Source of the DNA: Nemertoderma westbladi
Lineage: Eukaryota > Animalia > Xenacoelomorpha
Assembly (NCBI GenBank): GCA_032718475.1
Contig: JAUCBJ010006842.1
Span: forward strand, 265,980 to 329,979
DNA: 64,000 nt
Direction of reading: 5' to 3'
Made by a program: the position numbers and the translations under genes. A model generated the notes under the pieces. The model was not told the origin of the DNA and searched no databases. It saw only the letters and a program-made list of their open reading frames with translations. This document shows, one piece after another, positions 24,813 to 36,925 of this stretch. Every line of letters begins with the position of its first letter. Position 1 is the stretch's first letter.

Positions 24813-27788
24813 CAATACCCGTAGCCATACGTCCAGAACTGAGAGAACGGTTAAGTAATTTACAACGTGTAGGAGTTATACAGCCGAGTACCAGTGAATG
24901 GTCTTCTCCTCTTATTATTGTTAAGGCACCTAATAAGCCATGGCGCTTAGCTATAGACTATAGGGGACTTAATTCAGTAGCGGTTCCTCAATTTTGGCCA
25001 TTACCTAATATTGATTACATGTTAGCAGAAGTTGGTGCTGCCAGACCAGAATATTTCAGTGCATTGGATTTTAAATCCATGTTTTGGCAAGTAGAGATTA
25101 ATCCGGAGGATTATGCGAAGACCGCCTTTCATACTCAGTGGGGAAACTTTGAGTTTCGTAGAATGCCGTTTGGGCTTCAGTCATCACCCAGTACGTGTCA
25201 GAGATTAATGCAACTAGGATTAGAAGGGATATAATGTGCTTTAGTGTACATGGATGACCTGATATTGTATTCTAGAACGTGGGAACAGCACATAGAACTC
25301 ATAGATATAGTACTACGGCGTATAAGTGAGTTAGGTCTCAAATTGAAACCATCTAAATGTTGTTTTGGAGCGAGTTCAATACACTTCCTAGGACACATTA
25401 TTGATCGGGATGGTATACATACTGATCCTAAGAAAATAAGTACGATGGTCGATTTCCCCAGACCTACTTGTGTGAAGGACTTACAGAGTTTTCTGGGCCT
25501 GTGTGGATACTACAGGAAATTTGTGAGAGATTATGGCAAATTAGTACAACCATTGTATGGCCTAACTAAAGTAGGAGTGCCGTCTTACTGGAATGCAGAT
25601 TGTGAACAAGCTTTTCTAGAACTCAAGAATCGACTCGTTTCATCGCCAATTTTATCCCACCCTGACTTTGAACGAGAGTTTACCTTAGAAACTGATGCCA
25701 GTGGATCTGGACTTGGAGCGATACTTTGCCAAGACGATAAGGTTATAGCTTATGCTTCGCGTTCCCTGACTTGTGCTGAAGCTAAGTGGTCGATTACGGA
25801 ATTAGAGGGATTAGCAGTAGTTTGGGCCGTAGCTAAGTTTCGTTTTTATTTATTGGGTCGGCATTTTAAAGTGATTTCAGATCATAACCCCCTGCGATGC
25901 TTGTCTTGGGTTGGTGTCAATCGCCATATTACGGGTCGTCTCCAAAGGTGGGCACTGAAACTGTCAGAATACGATTATACTTTTATTTATAAGCCCGGAA
26001 AGTTTAACAGGGCTGATTGCTTATCCCGAATAAAGTAGAACATCCTCTAGATACGACTAACACTGTAAACAATCACAGTAACGAACTCGATGTTGAACCA
26101 TTTTGTTTAATTAATGTTCCTGTAATAAACCCTGTAGACTCTACAGACGTGACTGGAGACACAGACAATTTGATGAATAACCAATCTAATGTAGTGAATG
26201 TAGATACCGATGAACTACAAGGTCTTGTAGACTTATTTAGTTGCAATGGAACGGATTCGAAGGTTTGTAACCATGACTACCAGGATAAACAGAGTTCAGT
26301 AGCAAATGACGATGATGGATGTTCATATTACCGTGCTCCAGACACCTCAATACATGTAGATAGTTTCGCAGACGTTCAGTCTTCCTTACCTGTGTTACCT
26401 AGCAATGTGGAGTTTTGTAGTTTGTCCAGACTACGTAAACTGCAGTTGGAAGATTCAAATATTAAGGTGATGGTAGAATATTTACAAACGGGAAATAAAC
26501 CAGAATTTAATCGTAAGCTCTCTGAGTGTAAGAATATGGTAAAGTTACATACACAATATGTATTAGTAGATGGTATTCTATGTCACGTCTCGGATTGTAA
26601 GACAAATAAGACAATACAAGTAGTAGTACCTAAGTTACTACGTAGACAGGTACTACTTCAGTTCCATGACCTCAGGTCACATTTAGGAATTAATAAAACG
26701 TTGAATGACATTAAAGTAAAATTTTATTGGGTAAATCTCCGGGATGATGTAGCGCGGTACATACATAGTTGTGATCCTTGTCAACGACGTAAAGGATCTA
26801 CTTATATTCAACCATTAACTAGTTTACCAGCCCCCACCCGAGTTATGGAAAGATTATCTATTGATATCGTGAAAGGGTTTCCCACTAGTCCAACTGGTAA
26901 TAAACTTGTTTTCACTATTACAGAACATTTAACCCGATATGTTGAACTATTACCTGTCCCTGACGAACAAGCTGAAACTTTAGCCCGGGAATTGGTAAAT
27001 AAAATATTTTGTGTATACGGTGCAGCTGAGATTATTTTATCGGATAGAGGTCCAAGTTTTACTTCGTCACTTTTCTCGGAACTGGAAAAAATATTTGGCA
27101 TTGTTCGTGTGTTAACTTCAGCGTACCACCCACAATGCAATGGTCTTACTGAAAGGGTCAACCAATCCATGTGTAATATGTTAGCACTGACAACTCGTGA
27201 CCAACTCGTGGTCATGGTCGTAACCATGACAACTGGGAAGAAATGCTTCCCCTAGTACAATTTAATTATAACACTAGCGTACATTCTAGTATAGGGATGG
27301 CACCATTTACGTTGATGTTTGGTAGGGAGGCTCGTCTACCAATAGATACTCGTATTGAGCGGCCTTATAGTTTGTTGGCTGACACAGCGACATACCCTGA
27401 CGAATTACGTAAGAACTTACAAAATGCCCACAAGTTAGTTAGAGAACAACTAAGTAAAGCACAGAATAAACAAAAACGCCTCCACGATCGTAAAGTGAAA
27501 CAAAATTTGCAATCATTTGTGACAGGCGATAAAGTATTGTATTTTGATCGACGCGTTAAGCGCAAGAATAATAAGTTGCGGTTCCGTTTTACCGGACCCT
27601 ATGTAGTGCTCCGTAAGCATTCGCAGTTTTCATATGAATTACGTCCTGTACGGAAACGAGTTACACCACGAACTCCAGTGTTGGTAGTGAACGCGACAGA
27701 TTTAAAGTTATATCAAGTGCGTTCATCCGCTTGTGAAAGTAATAACCCTTCTATGTCCAATGGACAAAGTGATGTCGACACACCTTAG
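24813..27788 (+). pseudogene. pol: Gypsy pol: RT, RNase H and integrase, with a stop and frameshifts
   Basis: WRLAIDYRGLN, MPFGL, YMDD; RNase H ETDASG...ELEGLAV; integrase HHCC, SIDIV, SDRG, ERVN, GPY. TAA at 25232, frameshift near 26030, 11-bp duplication near 27191. Confidence 0.95.
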
Positions 27789-28680
27789 TGTACAGTAGTA
27801 CATACAGTAAGGTATAAGTATATACAGTAGAACAGTGACTGATGATATTTACATAAACCAACAAACTATATGCAATATGCACTACCGTATGCAGTTTAGA
27901 TCCTACTAAACATTTTGTAGGTTATTATTGCACGGTCAGTATATTATTGGTATGTATACTTGTTACTATTTAGATTAGACATATTTAGTGTTTTATTTTA
28001 TGAATGTAAATTAAACTATAAATTTTTGCTGTTCCCACTTCACCCTCTTTGTTGTCGCAGAAAAATAACTATTTAGCGGAACCGAATCCTCTAATCTCAT
28101 TTGGTAGTAAATGTGGTGTTGTTTTACATTTGAATAAATGTACAGTATGTATTTTATTTTTGGATACCATAAGTTTATTGATATGTTTATTCATTCTGTG
28201 GGTAGAGACTTATTTTGTTTCTGTTTATTTCATAGAAAACTCGCCAATTGGCTATTTTGCTTGCATTGGGCGCCAAGGGAGGTCTTGAAAGTCTGTTGTA
28301 TATTATTAGCCTATTGGTTATTAACTTTTTATTAAATAATATTTGCCTATTGGCTATCATTTTGCATTGCATGTATTAATTGTTGTCTAATGACTGCCAT
28401 ATTCAGTAAATTTAATTGCCTATTGGCTAAGCTACTGTAGCTGAAATTAATATCGACTTAGTACATATTGCAGTTGGTATTGGCAACTGGTAGTTGAGAA
28501 TAGGAATTCACATTTCCTGTACATAAATGAATAAAGTGTACCAAGTGCGTTGGATTTTAACTAATTCTATATTCATATATTTTGTAGGTATTTTTACATT
28601 ATTATTGTGCTGTTTTTATTTAGATTCGGTTCTGCATAATATTTTGATCAAACCACTCGGGACGAGTGGTTTCCTTTCGT

Positions 28681-28688
28681 GGGGGGGA
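28681..28688 (+). promoter_or_regulatory. Polypurine tract
   Basis: GGGGGGGA ends 2 nt before the 3' LTR. Confidence 0.8.
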
Positions 28689-28690
28689 TT

Positions 28691-29155
28691 TGTGGTGATC
28701 AGCAGCAAGGACATACAAAATATGAAACACAACAATATCAAATTACAAAAAACGTTATAAATAATATAACGCCATCTAGGGAAGTTTACAGGAAACAACA
28801 AAATTGCGCTAGAATAATCCTGACCGCTGATTGGAGGATAACAAAGAGGGATAGATAGGTAGGATAATACCGGTAAGTAAGGAATATATCAAGATATGGT
28901 CAGTACAATACAGTACCTACAGTAGTAGTTTAGATTCGTGTTTATTTTTGGATGTCTGACATCTGACTGTCTGACGTATGTACAGATGTATTTCAGTATT
29001 TTGATTTATCTGTTTTGATTAGATGAACTAACAAACTAATCGTTTTAGCCAGCCTGCCAGTTAACGGCAGATTTTCTTCAGGGAAACCAGAAAAACTAAG
29101 TGGTAGATTGCCACGGAACCCGGGTTCGACCTTATCCTGTTATCCAGCTTCCACA
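28691..29155 (+). repeat. 3' LTR (465 bp)
   Basis: Direct repeat of 15911-16377; followed by the AGAA TSD. Confidence 0.97.
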
Positions 29156-29395
29156 AGAATAACTGCGGTGTAACTGGTGTAATATCACTGGAGACACTTT
29201 TTTTAAACTCATATAGCTAAAGATTAAAAGCAAAAATAAAAATTCTGGCTCACCCAGTCAGTGGTCGGGAGGTGAAACTATCTCTGTTTCAAATTTCATG
29301 CAATCTCATTAAGATTTGTTGAAAAATTAGGGGGGGGGGGGGGGGGGGGGTGGGCGTGTCACTGAATTACGACATTATATTCTGGGACATGGTAT
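29156..29395. mobile_element. Right part of the MITE split by the Gypsy
   Basis: Homologous to 38443-38667 and to the reverse complement of 33359-33590; includes the family's poly-G run. Confidence 0.78.
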
Positions 29396-29757
29396 GTATA
29401 CATTGGTGTAATTTCGACAGATTGATGTAAATATATTAATTTTAAATAAATACTTTTCTGCTCTTTATCAAACTCGAATACAGTACGATTATATTGTGCA
29501 CACAATACAATCATAATTTTATTTATATTTATTTATTTTTTATTTCAAGTTCAATATGGATATTTTTAAAACCAAAACATAATTTGAACCATCCTTAAGT
29601 GCTTAAACGCCTAGGCGGTCTTCTCCCTCCCTTATCTCGTACTTTTATAATTGTATCATATGTTTTAAATTGCATATTATTTTACTCAGTTGATGGCCAT
29701 TCCACCAACCCACCTGCGGCAATCGCACTACTATTCGTTCGCAACTGCTGGGCGTAT

Positions 29758-30193
29758 AGGCCCGTATCCGTGCTGCTTTTTTTGAGCTTTATTTAGTTAA
29801 AACAATTTATAGGAATTAATTGCTTCAAGATGAATCTGAGAATTTTGGAATGTGAAAACCTAAAATATAGAAGAAAGCTCCAAAAAAGCTCGTAAAAGAG
29901 CTCAAAAAAAGCTTGAAAAACAGCTCAAAAAACTGGGTCCAATTTTGAAAATATTTCGATTAAACGTATAAATTAGTGTTGGTATGACATAAATGTTCTA
30001 GAAATTAAATTTAATCTCGAATTTTAAATACAAAGTGGTACTGGTACAGTATGTGTATCTCCAGTTTAACTAAACGTTAGAAAAGGTAAAGAAGCTTGAA
30101 AAAAAAAAGCTCAAAAGGAAGCTTGAAAAAAGCTCAAAAATAGCTCAGAATACCTACCCACATAAAAAAAAAAAGCAGCGCGGAAACGGGCCT
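29758..30193. mobile_element. MITE-like element
   Basis: Ends AGGCCCGTATCCGTGCTGCTTTTTTT and AAAAAAAGCAGCGCGGAAACGGGCCT are imperfect TIRs; internal AAAAGCTC repeats. Confidence 0.65.
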
Positions 30194-33100
30194 TTCGGAA
30201 CATACGGTACATATTCTGCTTATTGATTAATTAATTCATTCATTTATGTTATTATTATATGTTACTTATTTATACTTGTGGGGCGAGTCAGAACTGCGTG
30301 CCATCATCAAACTGTTACTATGGCCGTTTTCCAAAAGTCTGATTGCGTGTCTCTGTTAGGTGTGTGTGTGTTGGAAGCCAATATTAGAATCTACCTACAG
30401 TCACTACATACAGTAGCAATAGTATAATTATAATAATTGTTCGCTCAGATGGCTTGCAGTTCTGCTGCACGAAGGGCCCCACTCGTGTTATAAGTGCATA
30501 ACTGCTTTCGATCCATCATGCTGGGGACGAACTTTTATAAATCAATAAAAGTTATTAATGAATGATATTCTTTGAATTCAACAGGCTGTAAATTCTCGGG
30601 TGGCCACTCACCTGGAAATGCTGGAATAGTCAGGGAATTTCATTTTTCTTCAAATGTCAGGGAAATATGACAGCATTTTTGTAAAAAATTGACAAATCAG
30701 GGAATTCTTCATTCGTGTCATAAGCGAAAATGTGTCACGCTCTCGGTAAAGTTATAGATAGTGTAATTACGTTTTTAATTTTTTTTAGGATAGCGTTGTA
30801 GTGTATTTGTATAATATTGTATTTTTAACCAAGAATAACAAATGAGCGTAGAAAAAACTGCAAAGCTACAGGAAGGTAAGAATATAGTCATTATTATTTG
30901 ATGTGTTTATTATTGTTGTTACATATTGTATAAATAAATATACTATCTCATATATCTGTGACCCTGGCACCCTAAATCCGGAGAAACAGCAGGCATTTCT
31001 TCTTTCTAGGAGTCTACACAAATTGTATGCATGAGGTTTTTGAGATGCAAGAGCAGGCGTGCATGCTGTGCTTATCTATAATAAAAAAAATAACTTCATT
31101 AGCACGCAAGATGCGGTTTTATCCCGAAATAATTCTCACAACTTTTAAAATTTTGTTAAATTTGTTGTCCTAGATTAAATTTCCCGCTAACGAATAGACA
31201 CTGTATCTGTGCTGGACAGGACACTGGCACCTAACTGACGACCAATATAAAGTACATTGTACATGTACAATATAAAGTTACAAGGTAATAAAGGTTTGTG
31301 CGCGGCAAACATAATAATTATAACGGACCAATGCTTCTTTCTGTAGCACAATTGATGTAATCTATGTAATGTATCCGCTGTAGTAATGTACAACAGGTTG
31401 TACATGTACAGTACAATGTACATTGAACTAATGTAGAGCATTAGTTTAAAACATTGTGTATTTAATAATTAATGTTGACAATTGCGCCTTTGCGGTCTTA
31501 ATAATGACATGTTGGGAAACATAACAGATTGGCATTACTAGCTCAAAACATGTGTAAACACTATACAGGCATCATAATTGTTATTCCATTTCCATAATAT
31601 TGTTATCTTGTTCCAAAAATTGAGAAATTGTTTTTATGACTGATAATGATTATATTACACAGTTAACCGGAATTTAAAATCTAAAACCGCTTATCAATAG
31701 CGATTTTCATCAGTTATCACATTTCGAGATATCACAATTCGCATTCAGCCATTAAAATCACCTATTTGAAATTACTATTATTGCATAAAAAACGAAAAAT
31801 GAATAATCTCGAAATATTTATTTTGTAATATTGATCACTTCACAAAACCCTACTACATTTACTTGCTCACATAGTGACAATTAAATTGCACATATCACAT
31901 AGCAACAGTGTATGATGGTACCAGACAGCTTTTAGAAATTTTAGTTAATAAAATTTTCAATATTTATAACTAACCTAAAAAAATTCTGCGCCACTCACCT
32001 AGTCACGTAGAATCAATATTTATAGAAATTCATTCGTCTGATAGACATGTTGCCCAAATCTTGTACATCATATAAAAATATTTCATGTTGTATATAAACA
32101 CAAAAGACAAATTTATACTTTAACTAGACCTAGAAGGTAAATAATAATTAACGTTTAAAGTAACTAACTTGAAAAAATAACTAACTCCAATTTACTTTTA
32201 TTAAATAAATATATATTTCAGCTTATGTGCCTCCACAATACAACAGACCCACCATATTGATCAGACATGCAAATCCTCATTCATCCGCATTATGGATTAT
32301 GGAGGAATCTTTTTCATGAATAATTCAAATGGCTGACCACCACTTTTCCTCTCACCAGCTGGCTGACATAGAACAATATCATGCACAGATTGAGCATGAG
32401 CAGTCCACTCTGATCAGACTGACCTGTGATGCCGTCGTGGTGGTACTGAGTTTTAGCGATAAGAGATGTTTATTGTATTTGTGAAATCTCCCTCATTTGT
32501 AAAGTAACAACATTGTATCAATACGCCATGATCCCTGTATAATACATAGATAGTATCGTACAGTAATCTACTTAACATCACGGCCATACCTGCCTGCTTG
32601 CCTTACAATTTCCCTTTCAAACTTTATGATTTTCAATCTAAGATCCTAAGCAGCAGAAATATTCGAACTGACCTACTAAATCATTACTTGTATTAAATAC
32701 TTCGCATTAGAAAAATTGTGGGCTTATTTATGGCTTATCTGGTAAAGTTACAAGATTACCAGATCGTGTAAATAATTGCAAATTCGCAGTTAGGCTATTA
32801 GATAGATAGATATTTATTGACAAGAATATGAAGGATTAATAATAAACATTTTATTGCCCAGAACAAGAAATTAAATCAACATAACCTAAACCTAAAATTA
32901 ATATTCAAGTCAATGGGTATCAAAAATTAATTGTCCCCCTAATAAATGTACAGCACACTACATTTCATTCCCAAATTAATTTCGTAGTTCAGTAAAATCT
33001 AAAAGTATTACTATATTTTGCACGAATGCTTTCAGTCAAAGGGCAATGTCAGCAACATGCAATGACAGCACATGTGACTCATCCTGGGACTTGTGGCACG

Positions 33101-33781
33101 AACAAACTCGTGATTTGCGAGGAATACGGGTCCAACTACCCTTTTCTATTAAAAGATTGTGCGATGAGAGCCGTATTGTGGTAAAAGCTAAGCGAGTTAC
33201 CATTTATCATCATAGAAATGTTAACTAACCCCCCATATTTAAACACCCTTATACATCAAATAATAAAAGTAGTTTTCAAACTACAGTACCGGGTATACAG
33301 AAAAGGTTCTCATTCTTGTCGTTATTTAAACTACGCTACTAATCATTACCCCAGAATACACCATGTCCTGGAATATAGTGTCGTTATTCAGGTACCTGGA
33401 CCCCCCCCCCCCCCCCAGATTTTTCTACAAATCTTAATGAGATTGAATGAAATTTAAAACAGAGATAGTTTCACCTCCCTCCTCCTCCGTGGGTTTGCCA
33501 GAATTTTTATTTTTGCTTTCAATTTTTAGCTTCAAGCGTTTGAAAAAGGTGTCTCCGGTGATATTTCACCAATTACGCTGCAGTTATTCTTGAACCTTAT
33601 CGTGATTGGTACCAATAGAAAGCTTACCGTGCAAGGATTCCAAAAATTTAAAATCATTTGAATTTGGTTAGGAAATAGCTGAGATATGAGCGTTCAAAAG
33701 TTTCATGGTTTTGCACCTGCACTAGTCTGTTTTATTCTATTAAATAAAAACACCACATTCTAGAACATTTTGTTTATGTAT

Positions 33782-34254
33782 TATCTTCCTCAACTCATTC
33801 TTCGTGACTTCCCTACTCCTTTCTTCCCCGGTTTCGAACTTCCCATTTTCTTCCCTTTCTTATTTCCCTTTCCTCTAAGACTTCCAGACCTGCTCCTTCT
33901 ATTCTTCCTCCAGTCCTGATTAAGGCATCGTTTCATTTCACTGCATCTACAGGAGGTACAAAAAACTCCAGCTCGTGCACAACTGCACTTTGTGCAATTG
34001 GACTCGGGGTCTCTGCAACAGAAGAGGCGCTTTACTTTCTTGGTTGGGAAATCTGCTGGGATTCGGGGATGGGGCAGGTCTCCATGGAGCCGACCTCTCC
34101 ATAGAATATTATGACTAACCAATTTAATAACTTTTAGTAACGTCAGCTGGTGGTGGTATAAAATTTGTTGCAAATTTGAAAGTTTTTAGTTTTGTTTATT
34201 TCAAATATATTATTGTATAATAGAAATAATAATAAATTTATATATAATTAAATC
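33782..34254 (-). mobile_element. 473-bp insertion with a 14-bp TSD, encoding a Cys-rich (CXC-like) plus basic peptide
   Basis: TTTTGTTTATGTAT at 33768-33781 and 34255-34268. ORF 33790-34173 contains CCRDPESNCTKCSCARAGVFCTSCRCSEMKRCLN. Confidence 0.6.
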
Positions 34255-35199
34255 TTTTGTTTATGTATGAATAGCTACATAATAGTATGATTAAAGAAGC
34301 ATTGCATTGTTTCCCAGCTACATATGGGATGAACAAAATGTTCCAGAATATGATGTATTTATTAAATAGAGTAAATGGCCTGCATAGGAAGCAAATATAT
34401 GCAACATACGAATGCTCATATCACAGCTGTTTCCTACCAAATTTAAGTGTTTGAAATCCTTGCACGGTCAGCTTTCTATTGGTACCAACAAATCACGATC
34501 AGGGGTGGTATGCACCAAGCGATCTAATTAGTCTGAACTAGGTAACCTGTACTAATTAGAACAAGCTCAGTCTAATCATTATGCACCAACTTTAGACTAG
34601 CCTAATTTCTAGTCGAATTAGAATAGAAATATTAGACAGCTAATAGGTGTCTAATATTAGTTTCTGCTCAGCTGCTGATATGTTTCCAATAGTTACGAGC
34701 CAAACAATCAGCCTATTTGCTATTCTGTAGTAAATAAAGTTGAGTAACGAGTGGACATTATACTGTATTGTACATACATTTACAATATACACGTACTGCA
34801 AGTAGAGTAAGTGGTAAGCCACATAAAATTTAGCAAAAGAACTTTGTAAAAGTTTGATATTAGTGCAATACATTATTATGGGTGAGCCGAGCGTGTCAAA
34901 TAATATTTTATGTTTGTGAAAATGCTTAGAACATCTTTCTAACACGCTATTAACTTTCGATTTCACGTAAAAACTATTTCCCATAACGGTCATGGGAACA
35001 GCTCGCTACCACTACTATATCGAATATCGGGCATAATCATTTAATGGCTGTTGTTAGGAACAAAGATAATTTGATACCTTTATCACACAAAATCTCAAAG
35101 TTTATTGGAGCTTATAGTGCTCAAAATATAATAATTCGAAAATAACAAGCTGTTTATTACGGTGGCCCACAACGGACACAGTTAATAAATAAATCAACT

Positions 35200-35352
35200 T
35201 CGCGGCAGTTTAGTTTTGCCATGAAATTTCGCGGCACGTTTAGTTTATGCCGTGAAATTTCGCAGCACGTATAGTTTATGCCGTGAAATTTCACGGCACA
35301 TTTAGGTTATGCCGTGAAATTTCACAGCACGTTTAGTTTATGCCGTGAAATT
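35200..35352. repeat. Short ~31-bp tandem repeat with a palindromic core
   Basis: About five copies of GCCGTGAAATTTCGCGGCACGTTTAGTTTAT; the core GCCGTGAAATTTCACGGC is self-complementary. Confidence 0.85.
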
Positions 35353-36025
35353 ATATCTCTGACCAGTGCATACATTTTGGAACAAAAACTACAAGAATCG
35401 ATAGAGGAAAACTCTAAGAAAACTTCTACCTCTAACCTTTAATAATTAAAATAAACAACTGAAATCGAATGCCCATAAAATCTGCTTAAGCTTAAAAAAA
35501 TAAATTTTGAAAACAAAAACCATGAATATGATATTGTTTAATTCAAAATTTGATCAATTTATGGAAGGTAGGGACATGAAGAAAGCGCCAGAATTTTAGC
35601 AAGTTTTCAAAACTGATTGCCACACATAGTATAGATAGTTAACGTATAAATATTAGTATTTTAACAGTATTAACATTCTGTTATTTTAGTCATTTTTCGA
35701 AGGAATTTATCCAAATAAAATCACGAATAGCAAAAAATTCCCATTCAAATATCTTAATTTTTCGTAAAAAATGTTACGAATTTCTGATTATGCCCATATG
35801 CTCTTTCGAATGGTCAGTATTTGATTTTTTGGTTCGTAACATAGACGAAATATTGTCAAACAAGTAATAATTCATAATAAACCTTTTTTTAATAATGCAC
35901 AAATCAAAATTTTTACATTATTCTCAAGCTGATATCACATTCAATTTTAAAATATATCATCGAATAACTGTTAATTTACATTGAACACTATTGATCACCA
36001 TTGATCACACAACTATTAATATAGT

Positions 36026-36925
36026 ATGGCAGATGTTGTTGATCTGTATGAATGTCCACGTTATGTGAGACCAATACTCGACCCTCTGTTAGAATTTGAC
36101 GACACTGAATTGCTAAGAAGATATCGCTTTGATGGTGAAACCATTCGATACATCACCGACCTTTTAGATCCCGAATTAAATGGTTATGGCACATCGTTGA
36201 ATCGTCCGATTCCAAAAATCACACAAGTCTGTATTGCACTGAGATACTTTGCATCAAACTCGTTGCAACAAAGTGTATGCGATACAATTGGTGTACACCA
36301 GAGTTCTGTGTCAAGAATTGTTGCCCAAGTAAGCAGCGCTTTGAACCAAAAAGTTCCAGAATTCGTCAAATTCCCTGTGAGCGCTGTTTCAAAACAAACA
36401 ACTCAAGCAGGATTTTTCGAAATTGCAGGATTTCCGGGAGTTGTAGCTTGCATTGATGGAACGCATATAAGAATGCCGAATCCATCGAGAGCAGACAATT
36501 CATTCATGAACAGAAAAAATTTTTACTCAATCAACGTACAAATTGCATGTGATCACAACATGAAGATTGTGAATTGCAATGCTCGTTGGCCCGGCAGTTG
36601 TCACGACTCGTGGGTGCTTCGAAATTCCGAATTATGGAATTCTTTTGAGAATGGAGACTGCACCGGAATCGTTCTCGGAGACTCCGGATATCCTTGTCGA
36701 TCTTGGTTGATGAGCCCATTTCTCAATCCTCTAACAGCTTCACAGAAACGTTATAACAAAGCACACAGGAAAACAAGGGTGCTTGTTGAGCAAACCATTG
36801 GAATTTGGAAAAGGCGCTTCAGAGTCCTGTATGATGGATGTCGGGTAATGTTGGATAGAGTTCCAAACATTATTGGAGCTTGCGCAGTTTTGCACAACAT
36901 TGCTATTGCAGTTGTTCAAGAATGA
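36026..36925 (+). CDS. Harbinger DDE transposase (HARBI1-like, DDE_Tnp_4), C-terminus probably frameshifted
   Basis: GFPGVVACIDGTHI, NRKNFYSINVQ, WPGSCHDS, LGDSGYP, RVLVEQTIGIWKRRF, CAVLHN. A plausible tail (GAAYRDHIVNTHFS) continues in another frame to ~37003. Confidence 0.93.
   Translation: MADVVDLYECPRYVRPILDPLLEFDDTELLRRYRFDGETIRYITDLLDPELNGYGTSLNRPIPKITQVCIALRYFASNSLQQSVCDTIGVHQSSVSRIVAQVSSALNQKVPEFVKFPVSAVSKQTTQAGFFEIAGFPGVVACIDGTHIRMPNPSRADNSFMNRKNFYSINVQIACDHNMKIVNCNARWPGSCHDSWVLRNSELWNSFENGDCTGIVLGDSGYPCRSWLMSPFLNPLTASQKRYNKAHRKTRVLVEQTIGIWKRRFRVLYDGCRVMLDRVPNIIGACAVLHNIAIAVVQE

Larger units (their letters stand above)
15911..29155 (+). mobile_element. Full-length Ty3/Gypsy LTR retrotransposon with two nested LINEs
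   Basis: Paired LTRs with TGTGG...CCACA ends; 4-bp TSD AGAA at 15907-15910 and 29156-29159; PBS and PPT present; domain order gag-PR-RT-RH-IN. Confidence 0.97.

Noticed and set aside
28049-28801. Hydrophobic short ORFs after the integrase as a possible env gene
   Set aside because: All are under 80 aa, lie in T-rich sequence and lack a signal peptide or fusion-protein features.
29330-29354. Long poly-G run as a special G-quadruplex element
   Set aside because: It is a variable homopolymer of the MITE arm (poly-C at ~33400, shorter G run at ~38614), and its length may reflect sequencing error.
30596-30710. GGGTGGCCACTC...GTCAGGGAATTT, resembling a hAT-type MITE end
   Set aside because: No matching opposite end or TSD was found in the window.
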